Below are positions 56,271-64,000 of a stretch of 64,000 bases of DNA, in pieces. A program made the translations under genes and the position numbers. Source of the DNA: an uncultured virus (IMG/VR IMGVR_UViG_3300032272_000004). Lineage: Duplodnaviria > Heunggongvirae > Uroviricota > Caudoviricetes. The notes beneath the pieces are model-generated. The model was not told the origin of the DNA. It worked only from the letters and a program-made list of their open reading frames with translations, and did no database searches. The stretch's first letter is position 1, and every line of letters begins with the position of its first letter. The stretch lies in IMG/VR virus record IMGVR_UViG_3300032272_000004; one strand, given 5' to 3'.

Positions 56271-57863
56271 ATGCCCTGGACCACTCGCGTCGTCGAGCGG
56301 AGCCCGTGGTTTCACGAGCTGCCGCCGCTGGCCCGTTTCGCGCTGCTCACTTTGGGTGGCGTGAGCGAGCCCGTGGGGTTGCCTGTGTGCCACCAGGTCA
56401 GTCCGCGCAGTCTCGCAGACCACTGTCAGATCGACGTGGGCCTGGTCGAGCAGGCATTTACGCGCGCACAGCTCGCTGGAGCACTCTACTACGAGCCCGA
56501 GCTCAATCTGACGGCCCTGCATCCACTTTGGGTCGGGGTCGACTGGTTTGTGGCCGCCAAGGATCGGACCCTGCGCAGCTGGCTGAACTCGGCAGCCCAG
56601 CTCCCCGACACGCCCTTTCGCCAGGCCGCGGTCTGCATGGTGAGGCGCGGTCTACTGAGCCGTCACCTGGTCGTGCGACCCCTCGGAGCGAAGGCGATCG
56701 AGATCTGGAATGGGCTGGTAAAACAGACTTTCCCGAGGTTTTTCATAGACTTACGCGATGTGTCCTCTTTCGAGGACAAACTCAAGGATCTCGGGGACTT
56801 GCAGCGCTTTAATGATTTCGGGGACTTACGGGACGTACCCAAGAATCTCCAATCCATTCATAGACTTGCGAATCTGGATGCAGCTCGTCCTCTTTCGGGG
56901 ACATCCGTCCTCTTTCGAGGACATCCGTCCTCTTTCGAGGACAAGCCGTCCTCTTTCGAGGACAACGTCCCCTTTCGAGGACAAGCGGTGTCCAATGATT
57001 CCGCGACCTTACACACATTGGCCATTCGACCACGCGCAAGTCTAGGAAATCACTCAGTTCCTGCGCAGTTGGAATTACCCATCTATTCGCAACCATTGAC
57101 GTTTTCGCCGCCCGCCGGCGTCCTCACAGCTGGCACGCATCCTGCTAATTTGTCTATGTCTGTCAGATCTGTCTCTCTTACAAAGACAGAGGAAGCAGTG
57201 AAGCCGGAGGCGAAGCCCGGAGCCGTTGTGGCCTTCGGAACCTGGGCGGCTGACGCAGTGCAGCGACTCGCACCGGAGGGGGAAGCGCTAGGACTACCGG
57301 CCGGGGGTTTGGAGCGCTGCGTGGCGGACCTGGAGCGCAAGCGCAGCGGGATGCGGATGCGCCGCTCGAGCTGGGACCAGTCGCTGCGGGGGTTCATGCG
57401 CCAGGCCGCCAAGCTGGCCGCGCAGGAGCTGGCACCGGCGGCGCCGTCGAGTTCGCCGGCGCGCAGCTCCCGGGCTCCTCGCCGATCCCGGTCCAGCTCC
57501 CCGAGTGCTTACGCTGGCGTGTTCGACGAGGCCGCGGCACGCTCGGCCGCCAAGCACGGGCTCGGCGAGGCGGAACTGGACTGGCTCCGCGCTCACCCGG
57601 CCGACCTGGACCAGGCCGCCCTGGTGCACTTCCGAGCTCGACCGGACACGATTCCGGTCGAGGTCGTCGACTGGATGCGAGCCCACCCCGAGGGGCTGCC
57701 CGAAGAGATTACCCGCTACATCACCGAGAATCCTGGGAGGACTCATGGCACTGAAACACCTGAAACCGGCGACTCTGCCGGATCGGCCGGTCGCGGACCG
57801 GTCGGCCCGCGTCCAAGCGATTCGGGACGCGGGGGGCACCCGCGCGTTTCTCGCTCAGGCTGA
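56271..57863 (+). CDS. Putative replication initiator (lambda O-like arrangement)
   Basis: N-terminal wHTH-like region, internal iterons, located upstream of DnaC-like and DnaB genes. Confidence 0.6.
   Translation: MPWTTRVVERSPWFHELPPLARFALLTLGGVSEPVGLPVCHQVSPRSLADHCQIDVGLVEQAFTRAQLAGALYYEPELNLTALHPLWVGVDWFVAAKDRTLRSWLNSAAQLPDTPFRQAAVCMVRRGLLSRHLVVRPLGAKAIEIWNGLVKQTFPRFFIDLRDVSSFEDKLKDLGDLQRFNDFGDLRDVPKNLQSIHRLANLDAARPLSGTSVLFRGHPSSFEDKPSSFEDNVPFRGQAVSNDSATLHTLAIRPRASLGNHSVPAQLELPIYSQPLTFSPPAGVLTAGTHPANLSMSVRSVSLTKTEEAVKPEAKPGAVVAFGTWAADAVQRLAPEGEALGLPAGGLERCVADLERKRSGMRMRRSSWDQSLRGFMRQAAKLAAQELAPAAPSSSPARSSRAPRRSRSSSPSAYAGVFDEAAARSAAKHGLGEAELDWLRAHPADLDQAALVHFRARPDTIPVEVVDWMRAHPEGLPEEITRYITENPGRTHGTETPETGDSAGSAGRGPVGPRPSDSGRGGHPRVSRSG
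56762..56983. repeat. Iterons / replication origin: GTCCTCTTTCGAGGACA x6
   Basis: Copies at 56762, 56887, 56907, 56927, 56948, 56967 (two have one mismatch); each is a GTCCTC/GAGGAC palindrome; flanks are AT-richer. Confidence 0.85.
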
Positions 57864-58659
57864 CCTGCGCCGACTCGCCCGGGCCTCCGAAGGCGTCACG
57901 CCCGAGGTGTGTGCGCCGTCGCCGGACTGGTGGCTGCGGGTGGCGGACCAGCGACACCAGCAATGCGACAATTGCCCGCAATTTGGCGGCAATTGTGAGA
58001 AATCGCCCGAAGAGGGCAGCCGTTTCGAGTGGACCGATACCGGCCTCGAGACCGTGCCCTGCGATCGGTGGGCCAGCTGGCAGACGCGGAATTTTTTGGA
58101 GCGCCGCGGCGTCGAAAAAGGGTTGCTGCACGCCACGTTAGGCAACTACGAAGCTCGCTCGAAGGGGCACGCGAAAGCTTTGGACTTGTGTCGGCGCTTC
58201 GTGGAGGGCTACGTTGGGCGGACTGATGGCTCGAGCTTGTTCCTCGCTGGCGACACCGGACTCGGCAAGAGTCACTTGGCCACGGGTGTGCTCCGAGCCC
58301 TCTGGAAACGCTACCGGGTGCCCGGGCGCTTCGTGTTCGTGCCGACGCTGCTTTCCATGCAGAAAGAAGCGTTCCGCGATCCGACGGCTGGGAGGCTCTA
58401 CGAGGCTTGCCTCAGCGACGAATTCCTCGTCATCGACGACCTGGGCGTCGAGCAGATCACGGAATGGTCACGCCCCCAGCTCGAAGTGCTCCTGCACGAG
58501 CGAGACGCGCGCAATCTCGCGACTTGCGTCACCACGAACGAAACGCCGGAAACGCTCGCGATCCGGCTTGCGGCTCGTACCGTGCGCCGGATTCTCGACA
58601 AATCGTCGGAGTTTCGAGTCGATCTTCGGGGTGACTATCGGGGGTATCGCCCCGAATGA
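57745..58659 (+). CDS. DnaC/IstB-like helicase loader ATPase
   Basis: Cys cluster, ATLGNY, GDTGLGKSHLA, LVIDDLG, VTTN; GGGAGGA RBS. Confidence 0.85.
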   Translation: MALKHLKPATLPDRPVADRSARVQAIRDAGGTRAFLAQADLRRLARASEGVTPEVCAPSPDWWLRVADQRHQQCDNCPQFGGNCEKSPEEGSRFEWTDTGLETVPCDRWASWQTRNFLERRGVEKGLLHATLGNYEARSKGHAKALDLCRRFVEGYVGRTDGSSLFLAGDTGLGKSHLATGVLRALWKRYRVPGRFVFVPTLLSMQKEAFRDPTAGRLYEACLSDEFLVIDDLGVEQITEWSRPQLEVLLHERDARNLATCVTTNETPETLAIRLAARTVRRILDKSSEFRVDLRGDYRGYRPE

Positions 58660-60188
58660 AGCAGCCCTCCATGCGAGATATGGAGCGGGCTGTCACCAGC
58701 TCGCTGCATGGTCCGGGACGGGTCGCTCCGCACGATCTGGACCTCGAGGCCGGGTGCCTCAGTGCGTCCCTGCTGTCGCCTGATGCGGCCGAGCGGGTAG
58801 CTAGCGCACTCCAGCCGAGCGACTTCTACAGTCGAGCCAATGGCGAGATTCTCGCCGCCATGCAGACCGTGCTGGGCCGCGGAGAGCCGGTAGATCATCT
58901 GACCGTGGTGGGGGAGCTGCGCTCTGTCGACCGCCTGGGCCAGGTCGGCGGCGCCCCCTACATCGCCCAGATCCTGAACACGAGCGCTAGCCACCTCCTG
59001 AACCTGGATCACTACTGCAAGCGGGTGCGGGACCTGGCCGCTCAGCGCCGCATCATTGCCGTTTGTCAGACCCATGCGGCCATGGGCTACGCCACGACCT
59101 TCGAGAACTCGGAGGACTACGCCAGCTCCCTGGAAGAGGCCTTGTTCGAGGCGGGGGCCGTCAGTGCTCGCGAGGGACTGGCGCACCTGGAGGCGCACGC
59201 CGCCTACGCAGAGATCCGGCGTCTCGCCGAGCACGGGGTGCCCGATGGGCACTCGACCGGGATCCGCTCCGTCGACAAACTGGTGATTTCGCTTGCGCCG
59301 GGTGCGCTTTGGGTGATCGCCGGTCGTCCCGGCATGGGCAAGACGCAGTTTGTGCTCAATCTGGCTCGCCACGTGGCCAAGCCTAGCCGCATGACGGTGG
59401 AGGTCGAGGGCTCGCCGGTGACGGTGCCCACCGGTGGCCATGCCGTCGCGGTCTTCTCGCTCGAAATGCCCGAGGACGAGCTCAGCATGCGGCTGCTCTG
59501 CCAGGAGACGCCGACGGACGGCACCCGCATGAAGCGGGGCGAGGTGCGCCCCACGTCGCAACTCTCCCCGGGCACCGGACGCACCGAATGGGATGATCTC
59601 TACGACGGCACGATGCGTCTCGCGCGGATGCCGATCTACGTCGACGACAACAGCCAGATCACCCTGACCCAGATCCGCACCCAGGTGATCCGCCTAAAGC
59701 GCGCGCTGCAGGGCAAGCTCCCCTACGCGGACCCGGACGCCCCGGTCGTGGGGCTTGGCATGATCATCATCGACTACCTGCAGCTGATGCAGGGAGAGGG
59801 TGGACGGAACAGCACTCGCGAGCAGTTTATCAGTAGCGTGACCCGAGGCCTCAAGGGTTTGGCCAAGGAAATGGGGGTACCTGTGGTGGCCCTTTCGCAG
59901 CTCAATCGTGGTGTCGAGAGTCGACCCAACAAGCGCCCGCTGCTATCAGACTTGCGCGAATCGGGAGCCATCGAGCAGGACGCCGACGGGATCATGTTTC
60001 TCTACCGCGACGACTACTACAACGATGACTCGGCGGAGCCTGGGGTCTGTGAGATTGCCATAGCTAAACAGCGTGGCGGCACGACCGGCATGACGAAGGT
60101 GATGTTTCGGGCGGAGACGGGCGAGTTTACCGAGCGGTCCTACGATCAGCCACCAGACGACTACACGGAATTTGATCACGGGGTTTAG
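58656..60188 (+). CDS. dnaB: Replicative DNA helicase
   Basis: AGRPGMGKT, FSLEM, IIDYLQLM, ALSQLNR, LSDLRESGAIEQDAD, AKQRGG. Confidence 0.95.
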   Translation: MKQPSMRDMERAVTSSLHGPGRVAPHDLDLEAGCLSASLLSPDAAERVASALQPSDFYSRANGEILAAMQTVLGRGEPVDHLTVVGELRSVDRLGQVGGAPYIAQILNTSASHLLNLDHYCKRVRDLAAQRRIIAVCQTHAAMGYATTFENSEDYASSLEEALFEAGAVSAREGLAHLEAHAAYAEIRRLAEHGVPDGHSTGIRSVDKLVISLAPGALWVIAGRPGMGKTQFVLNLARHVAKPSRMTVEVEGSPVTVPTGGHAVAVFSLEMPEDELSMRLLCQETPTDGTRMKRGEVRPTSQLSPGTGRTEWDDLYDGTMRLARMPIYVDDNSQITLTQIRTQVIRLKRALQGKLPYADPDAPVVGLGMIIIDYLQLMQGEGGRNSTREQFISSVTRGLKGLAKEMGVPVVALSQLNRGVESRPNKRPLLSDLRESGAIEQDADGIMFLYRDDYYNDDSAEPGVCEIAIAKQRGGTTGMTKVMFRAETGEFTERSYDQPPDDYTEFDHGV

Positions 60189-60214
60189 CCCCGAGGAAAG
60201 AGAAGAGACACACA

Positions 60215-62638
60215 ATGATCGAAGACAAGAAAAATCCCTACGACGCCAACTGGGAGTTTCGACATGGGGGCCCCACGGGATGTAAGGGGGATACTGTGAC
60301 CCGTTCCCCGTGGCATTCCGACGCGAGTCACTCCGAGCACGACTACTACTGCGAAAGGTGCAAACTGCGCCTGTGTTTCGAGGATGTAGAGATTTTGCCA
60401 AAGCTCGTGCCGGTGGTGGGACCGATTGGTGGCTATCAGACGGAAAACTACCTGGAAAACCATCCCCACCTCGCTCGGGTGTTTGATCGAGTCAGCAAGA
60501 CGGGGGATATGCCAGAGGGCGTCCTGGAGCCGTTGAAGTCGCTCCTGAGTAGCTCCCCATCGTACCGGCCGTTGTTTTCTCTTCGCGATGTCTGGGACAT
60601 CGTCGCCGGAGTCGAGCGCTGCCGGTCTGCGGATGACCCCCAGGTGGATCTCACGTTGCTGGCGATCCTGCAGGTCTCGGCGGGTTTTGGGATCGACAAG
60701 CGCGCTGCCGAGGTGCGGGCCGAAGCCAGTCGCGCGGGGGGGATTCAGCATCCCCGGGCGACCGCCGTGGACGAGTTGCTGGTGCAGGCTGCTCGTGACG
60801 CGAAGCACGAAACCGCCACCGTCGAGCTGCTGTTTGGTCCAGACACGGTGACTCTCCGCAACAATTCCGAAGTGGCCGCGGCCGAGCTGTTCGCGTCTCT
60901 GCATGCCAAGGAACACGCGAATGGCGTGCCTGGGTTGTCGAGTCTGACGGATGAAGCAGGCAATCCTCTGCGGCACGTGAAGTGCCACCACGCGATCAAT
61001 CGCACGCCCCGTAGCGCCGCCGTTGCGCACTCCAAGAAACCATCCGACCACGAGTACTTGTGCAGCGCCTGCGAGAAGGTGCCCCAGGAGGAAGTGGAGG
61101 TGTATCTCAACTCGCACGGCTGCCTGGGCTGGTTCCGTTACCAGGCGCTGCCCGGGAAGCCACTCACTGACGAAGTGGCTGCAGCCGCGCAGCTTCAGGG
61201 TGAGCATCCGGAAGGCTGGTACCCCGGGTCCCTGGCTGCGTTTGTGCGCTGGGAGAACGATGCCCATCTGCACAGTGACGGCTACAGCAGGTCGCTGGAG
61301 GAGTCCGGCGAGAAAACACCGTCTCTGACAACTCGCGTCGAGTGTCTTCGGAAAGTGCTGGCGCAGCGGTACGAGGACGCGCGCTTTTCCGCAAATCATG
61401 AGGTCGAACTCGCCTGTGAAGCATTGGACGAGTGGGAGCGTTCTCTCGGTCGTGAGCGCGGGCAACGGAAAGGAATTGGCCACCTGCGGATCGGCGCCTC
61501 GATTACTGAGCGGGTCCGGGATCTGCGAAGCCACATCGAATCGCTCGAGGCGAACAAGACAGAGAGTGAACCGGCGGGGGTCAAGCTGCCCGAGCTCGAG
61601 CAGCGGGTCGCGTCGTGGGTCTCTAGGCTGGTTGCCGTTTCCCACAGCGACTCGCTGTCGGATGTGCACACACTGCCTTTCACCGATCAACTCGATCTGT
61701 TGATGGAGTCAGCCATCGTGCGCACTCGAGAAAACGGCCTCTTGATGTCGATGCTGAAGGCCGGACTCCAGAAGGACGGAGGGCTCTTTGAATACGCCCG
61801 GGACTTCTTTGCCGGCGGTCACCTCGATCTGGTCACCTGGGAAACCGAGCTCGGCCTGGATACTGAGGTGCCGCCGAACACGTCGCTGTCGAAGCGCGTG
61901 ATGGCGCTGCTGGAGAAGCTCAGTGACACCTTGAACCCGATCTACGCACAGCTTGCAGCCTGGGAGAAGGAAATGGCTCTGGCCACGCCCGAGGTTTGGC
62001 AGCTGTCCGACATCGCAAACCGGCTCGGCCGGCTTCGGTACTCACGCCGCCACTCCAAGCTCCATGGCGCAACCGAACGGGATCTCGCAGTCGCCCTCTC
62101 GAAGCAGTTTCCGTCGTACCTGAGCGAAGAAGTGGTGGAGTCTCCAACCCAGCGTGTAGGGCACGAGGGATGCAAGACGGTGAAGAAAGTGACGCTGCTT
62201 CTCATCGACCTGCCAACGGGTCAGGTGGGATGGGATGTGGATGGCAGCCACCCGCGCTACTCGCACCTGAAGGTCCGGCCCGGAAAGCACTACGACGGGC
62301 ATACGGTCGATGAAAAGATCGCTCGGCTCGCCGCGCTGCAGCCCAACTGGCTCGGGAGTGGCTCGCGCCGGATGGCTCGATACCCTCGCGGCCGGACACG
62401 TTCCATCGCACGGAACAATCGCAACGCTTTGAGGGCTACCCGGCGGTTGCTCCACGAGCGCGAGCAATCACTGAGGGCACTGCAGCAGGAGCGGCGCCAG
62501 ATCATGGAGGCATTCCGGCCGGTCCGGGCGGCGCTGGTTGGATTGCCACTCGGTAAACTCTCCGAGTCGGCTCCTCTGGTCGAGATGGTCAACGTCGTCG
62601 CGGGGTGGGTGCAGCACCAGCTGAGGGCGGGTTCGTGA
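60215..62638 (+). CDS. Large mosaic hypothetical protein with a WDGH-like domain
   Basis: 807 aa; IDLPTGQVGWD..YDGHTVDEKIARL; several CxxC motifs. Confidence 0.6.
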   Translation: MIEDKKNPYDANWEFRHGGPTGCKGDTVTRSPWHSDASHSEHDYYCERCKLRLCFEDVEILPKLVPVVGPIGGYQTENYLENHPHLARVFDRVSKTGDMPEGVLEPLKSLLSSSPSYRPLFSLRDVWDIVAGVERCRSADDPQVDLTLLAILQVSAGFGIDKRAAEVRAEASRAGGIQHPRATAVDELLVQAARDAKHETATVELLFGPDTVTLRNNSEVAAAELFASLHAKEHANGVPGLSSLTDEAGNPLRHVKCHHAINRTPRSAAVAHSKKPSDHEYLCSACEKVPQEEVEVYLNSHGCLGWFRYQALPGKPLTDEVAAAAQLQGEHPEGWYPGSLAAFVRWENDAHLHSDGYSRSLEESGEKTPSLTTRVECLRKVLAQRYEDARFSANHEVELACEALDEWERSLGRERGQRKGIGHLRIGASITERVRDLRSHIESLEANKTESEPAGVKLPELEQRVASWVSRLVAVSHSDSLSDVHTLPFTDQLDLLMESAIVRTRENGLLMSMLKAGLQKDGGLFEYARDFFAGGHLDLVTWETELGLDTEVPPNTSLSKRVMALLEKLSDTLNPIYAQLAAWEKEMALATPEVWQLSDIANRLGRLRYSRRHSKLHGATERDLAVALSKQFPSYLSEEVVESPTQRVGHEGCKTVKKVTLLLIDLPTGQVGWDVDGSHPRYSHLKVRPGKHYDGHTVDEKIARLAALQPNWLGSGSRRMARYPRGRTRSIARNNRNALRATRRLLHEREQSLRALQQERRQIMEAFRPVRAALVGLPLGKLSESAPLVEMVNVVAGWVQHQLRAGS

Positions 62639-62851
62639 CGCTGGCGGATCTGCTGGCGGGGGGATGCCGCCATCGCCTGAACAAGACCTATTGCTGTACG
62701 GGTACGCACAAGGTCTGCGTCCAGTACCTGGCTGAGTACATGGCTGTGACTCAGCGGGAGGCCAGCACCAGCTACGCGTTGAAGCTGGCGCTGCAGATTC
62801 TTCCGCTGCAGTTCTACATGTTCTCGTTGGCACCCTTGGGGAGGCGTACTC

Positions 62852-63355
62852 GTGCACGGGCTTGAGGACGTGCTGAGGGGTTGCGTGTTTTGCGACGCGC
62901 AGCCCGCGGTGCTGATTCCTGACGGTCTGTCCAAGATCGAACTCTGGGAACGCCTCGGCGTGCCCGAGTCCCGCGGTCCGAGCCAACTCGATCCGAAGAC
63001 CCCGGTGACGTGCAGCTCCTGCTGGGCGACGGGTCCCGTGATGTTGACCGAGTCGCATCCGGACCGCTCCGCTCTGGAAATTTGGAACGCTGCGGCGCGG
63101 GGCGAGTTGTGTGCTTCAGTGCCCCGAGGCGCCACGCGGGCGTGTCCCTTTTGCAAGACCAGCTCCAGCCTCGTGATGATGACGCATCATCGCCTCTCGG
63201 GCACGCCAATGCACGTCGTGCAATGCGGCTGTTGCGGCGCCCAGGGTCCGCAGATGCTGACCGAGCAAGGTGCGAAAAACTTCTGGAACCGCGGCGCTCG
63301 CTTGCCTGTGGAACTCGAGGAGGATCCACCGTTTGGGTGTGGGATGGGCGGGTAG
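62852..63355 (+). CDS. Lar (restriction-alleviation)-like double Zn-ribbon protein
   Basis: Two units of C.FC..V.C..C.A.GP..A...WN. Confidence 0.7.
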   Translation: MHGLEDVLRGCVFCDAQPAVLIPDGLSKIELWERLGVPESRGPSQLDPKTPVTCSSCWATGPVMLTESHPDRSALEIWNAAARGELCASVPRGATRACPFCKTSSSLVMMTHHRLSGTPMHVVQCGCCGAQGPQMLTEQGAKNFWNRGARLPVELEEDPPFGCGMGG

Positions 63356-63357
63356 AC

Positions 63358-63386
63358 TTGACGAGGTGTCGCTCCGTAGGCACCCT
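63358..63386 (+). promoter_or_regulatory. Promoter, probably leaderless
   Basis: TTGACG-17 nt-CACCCT, 6 nt before ATG at 63393. Confidence 0.65.
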
Positions 63387-63392
63387 ACCCGA

Positions 63393-64000
63393 ATGAAGGA
63401 GAGCGCCATCGAATGGACGACGTCGACCTGGAACCCGGTGCGCGGGTGCTCTCGTATCAGCACCGGGTGTGAGAACTGCTACGCCGAGCGCCAGGCGCAC
63501 CGTTTCTCGGCGATGAGTCAGCCCTATGCGGGTCTCGTGAAGCTGAGCAGGAAGGGCGAGCCGCACTGGACCGGGGAGGTGCGGAAGGTGCCTCACATGC
63601 TTTCGCAGCCGCTGCGGTGGAAAAAGGGTCGGCGCATCTTCGTCAACTCGATGTCGGACCTTTTCCACGAGACCTTGTCGCTTACGGACATCGCAGCGGT
63701 GTTTGGGGTGATGGCGACCGCCGATCATCACCAGTTCCAGGTGTTGACCAAGCGAGCCAAAATCATGAATCGCTTCGTGAGGGCGGCGACGGCTGGGGTC
63801 GATCCGGTGTCGATGTGTTGCGATGCTGCCCGCCATCAGCTCCAGGGCCACGGTGGTGCACCTTTCCGCAAGCATGTCGCACACTCGATTGCACATCAGA
63901 CGGACTGGCCCGTGCCCTGGCCGCTGCCAAACGTCTGGCTCGGCGTTTCCGTCGAGGATCAGCAGGCTGCCGCCGAGCGCATTCCCCAGCTCCTGAATAC
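63393..64000 (+). CDS. DUF5131 (phage Gp37/Gp68) protein, 3' truncated by the window end
   Basis: SAIEWT..TWNPVRGCSRISTGCENCYA, IFVNSMSDLFHE, HQFQVLTKR, PLPNVWLGVSVEDQ. Confidence 0.9.
   Translation, partial: MKESAIEWTTSTWNPVRGCSRISTGCENCYAERQAHRFSAMSQPYAGLVKLSRKGEPHWTGEVRKVPHMLSQPLRWKKGRRIFVNSMSDLFHETLSLTDIAAVFGVMATADHHQFQVLTKRAKIMNRFVRAATAGVDPVSMCCDAARHQLQGHGGAPFRKHVAHSIAHQTDWPVPWPLPNVWLGVSVEDQQAAAERIPQLLN

Noticed and set aside
56887..56983. Mini-CRISPR
   Set aside because: Spacers are only 2-4 nt; position and spacing fit iterons.
60185..61690. 501-aa minus-strand ORF
   Set aside because: Antisense shadow of the 807-aa ORF.

Overview
High-GC, densely coded DNA that reads as part of a large bacterial virus or provirus genome. 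A Myxococcota-like host is inferred only from GC content and a Gly-linker/Cys-rich lipoprotein. No integrase, terminase, portal or recognisable major capsid gene lies in the window. Left ~33 kb: many membrane-anchored proteins, about six cell-wall hydrolase-like genes (SLT, SLT-like, M15, GH25, CHAP-like, degenerate M23), peptidoglycan-binding proteins, two beta-helix spike-like proteins, a transglutaminase-like protease, three RadC/JAB paralogs, a Dam-like methylase and TA-derived genes. 34.7-56 kb: a long leftward run of small accessory genes. Right end: divergent promoters, a replication initiator with internal palindromic iterons, DnaC-like loader, DnaB, Lar-like and DUF5131 genes. Highlights: (1) a probably nuclease-dead Cas12f/TnpB-family gene (RuvC-I D to N) coupled to an IetA-like AAA ATPase and followed from its stop codon by a non-CRISPR array of ~15 TGGGAG-N-GGAGG units with variable spacers, ending at a tRNA-Trp-like gene; (2) three head-to-tail CCA-ending tRNA-like genes with non-canonical anticodon arms beside a Pth2-type peptidyl-tRNA hydrolase; (3) a window-wide leaderless-gene signature (YAnnnT exactly 6 nt before start codons); (4) MazG/Tad2-like and HicA/HicB-like fusions. 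All family calls come from reading motifs by eye; no database search was run.
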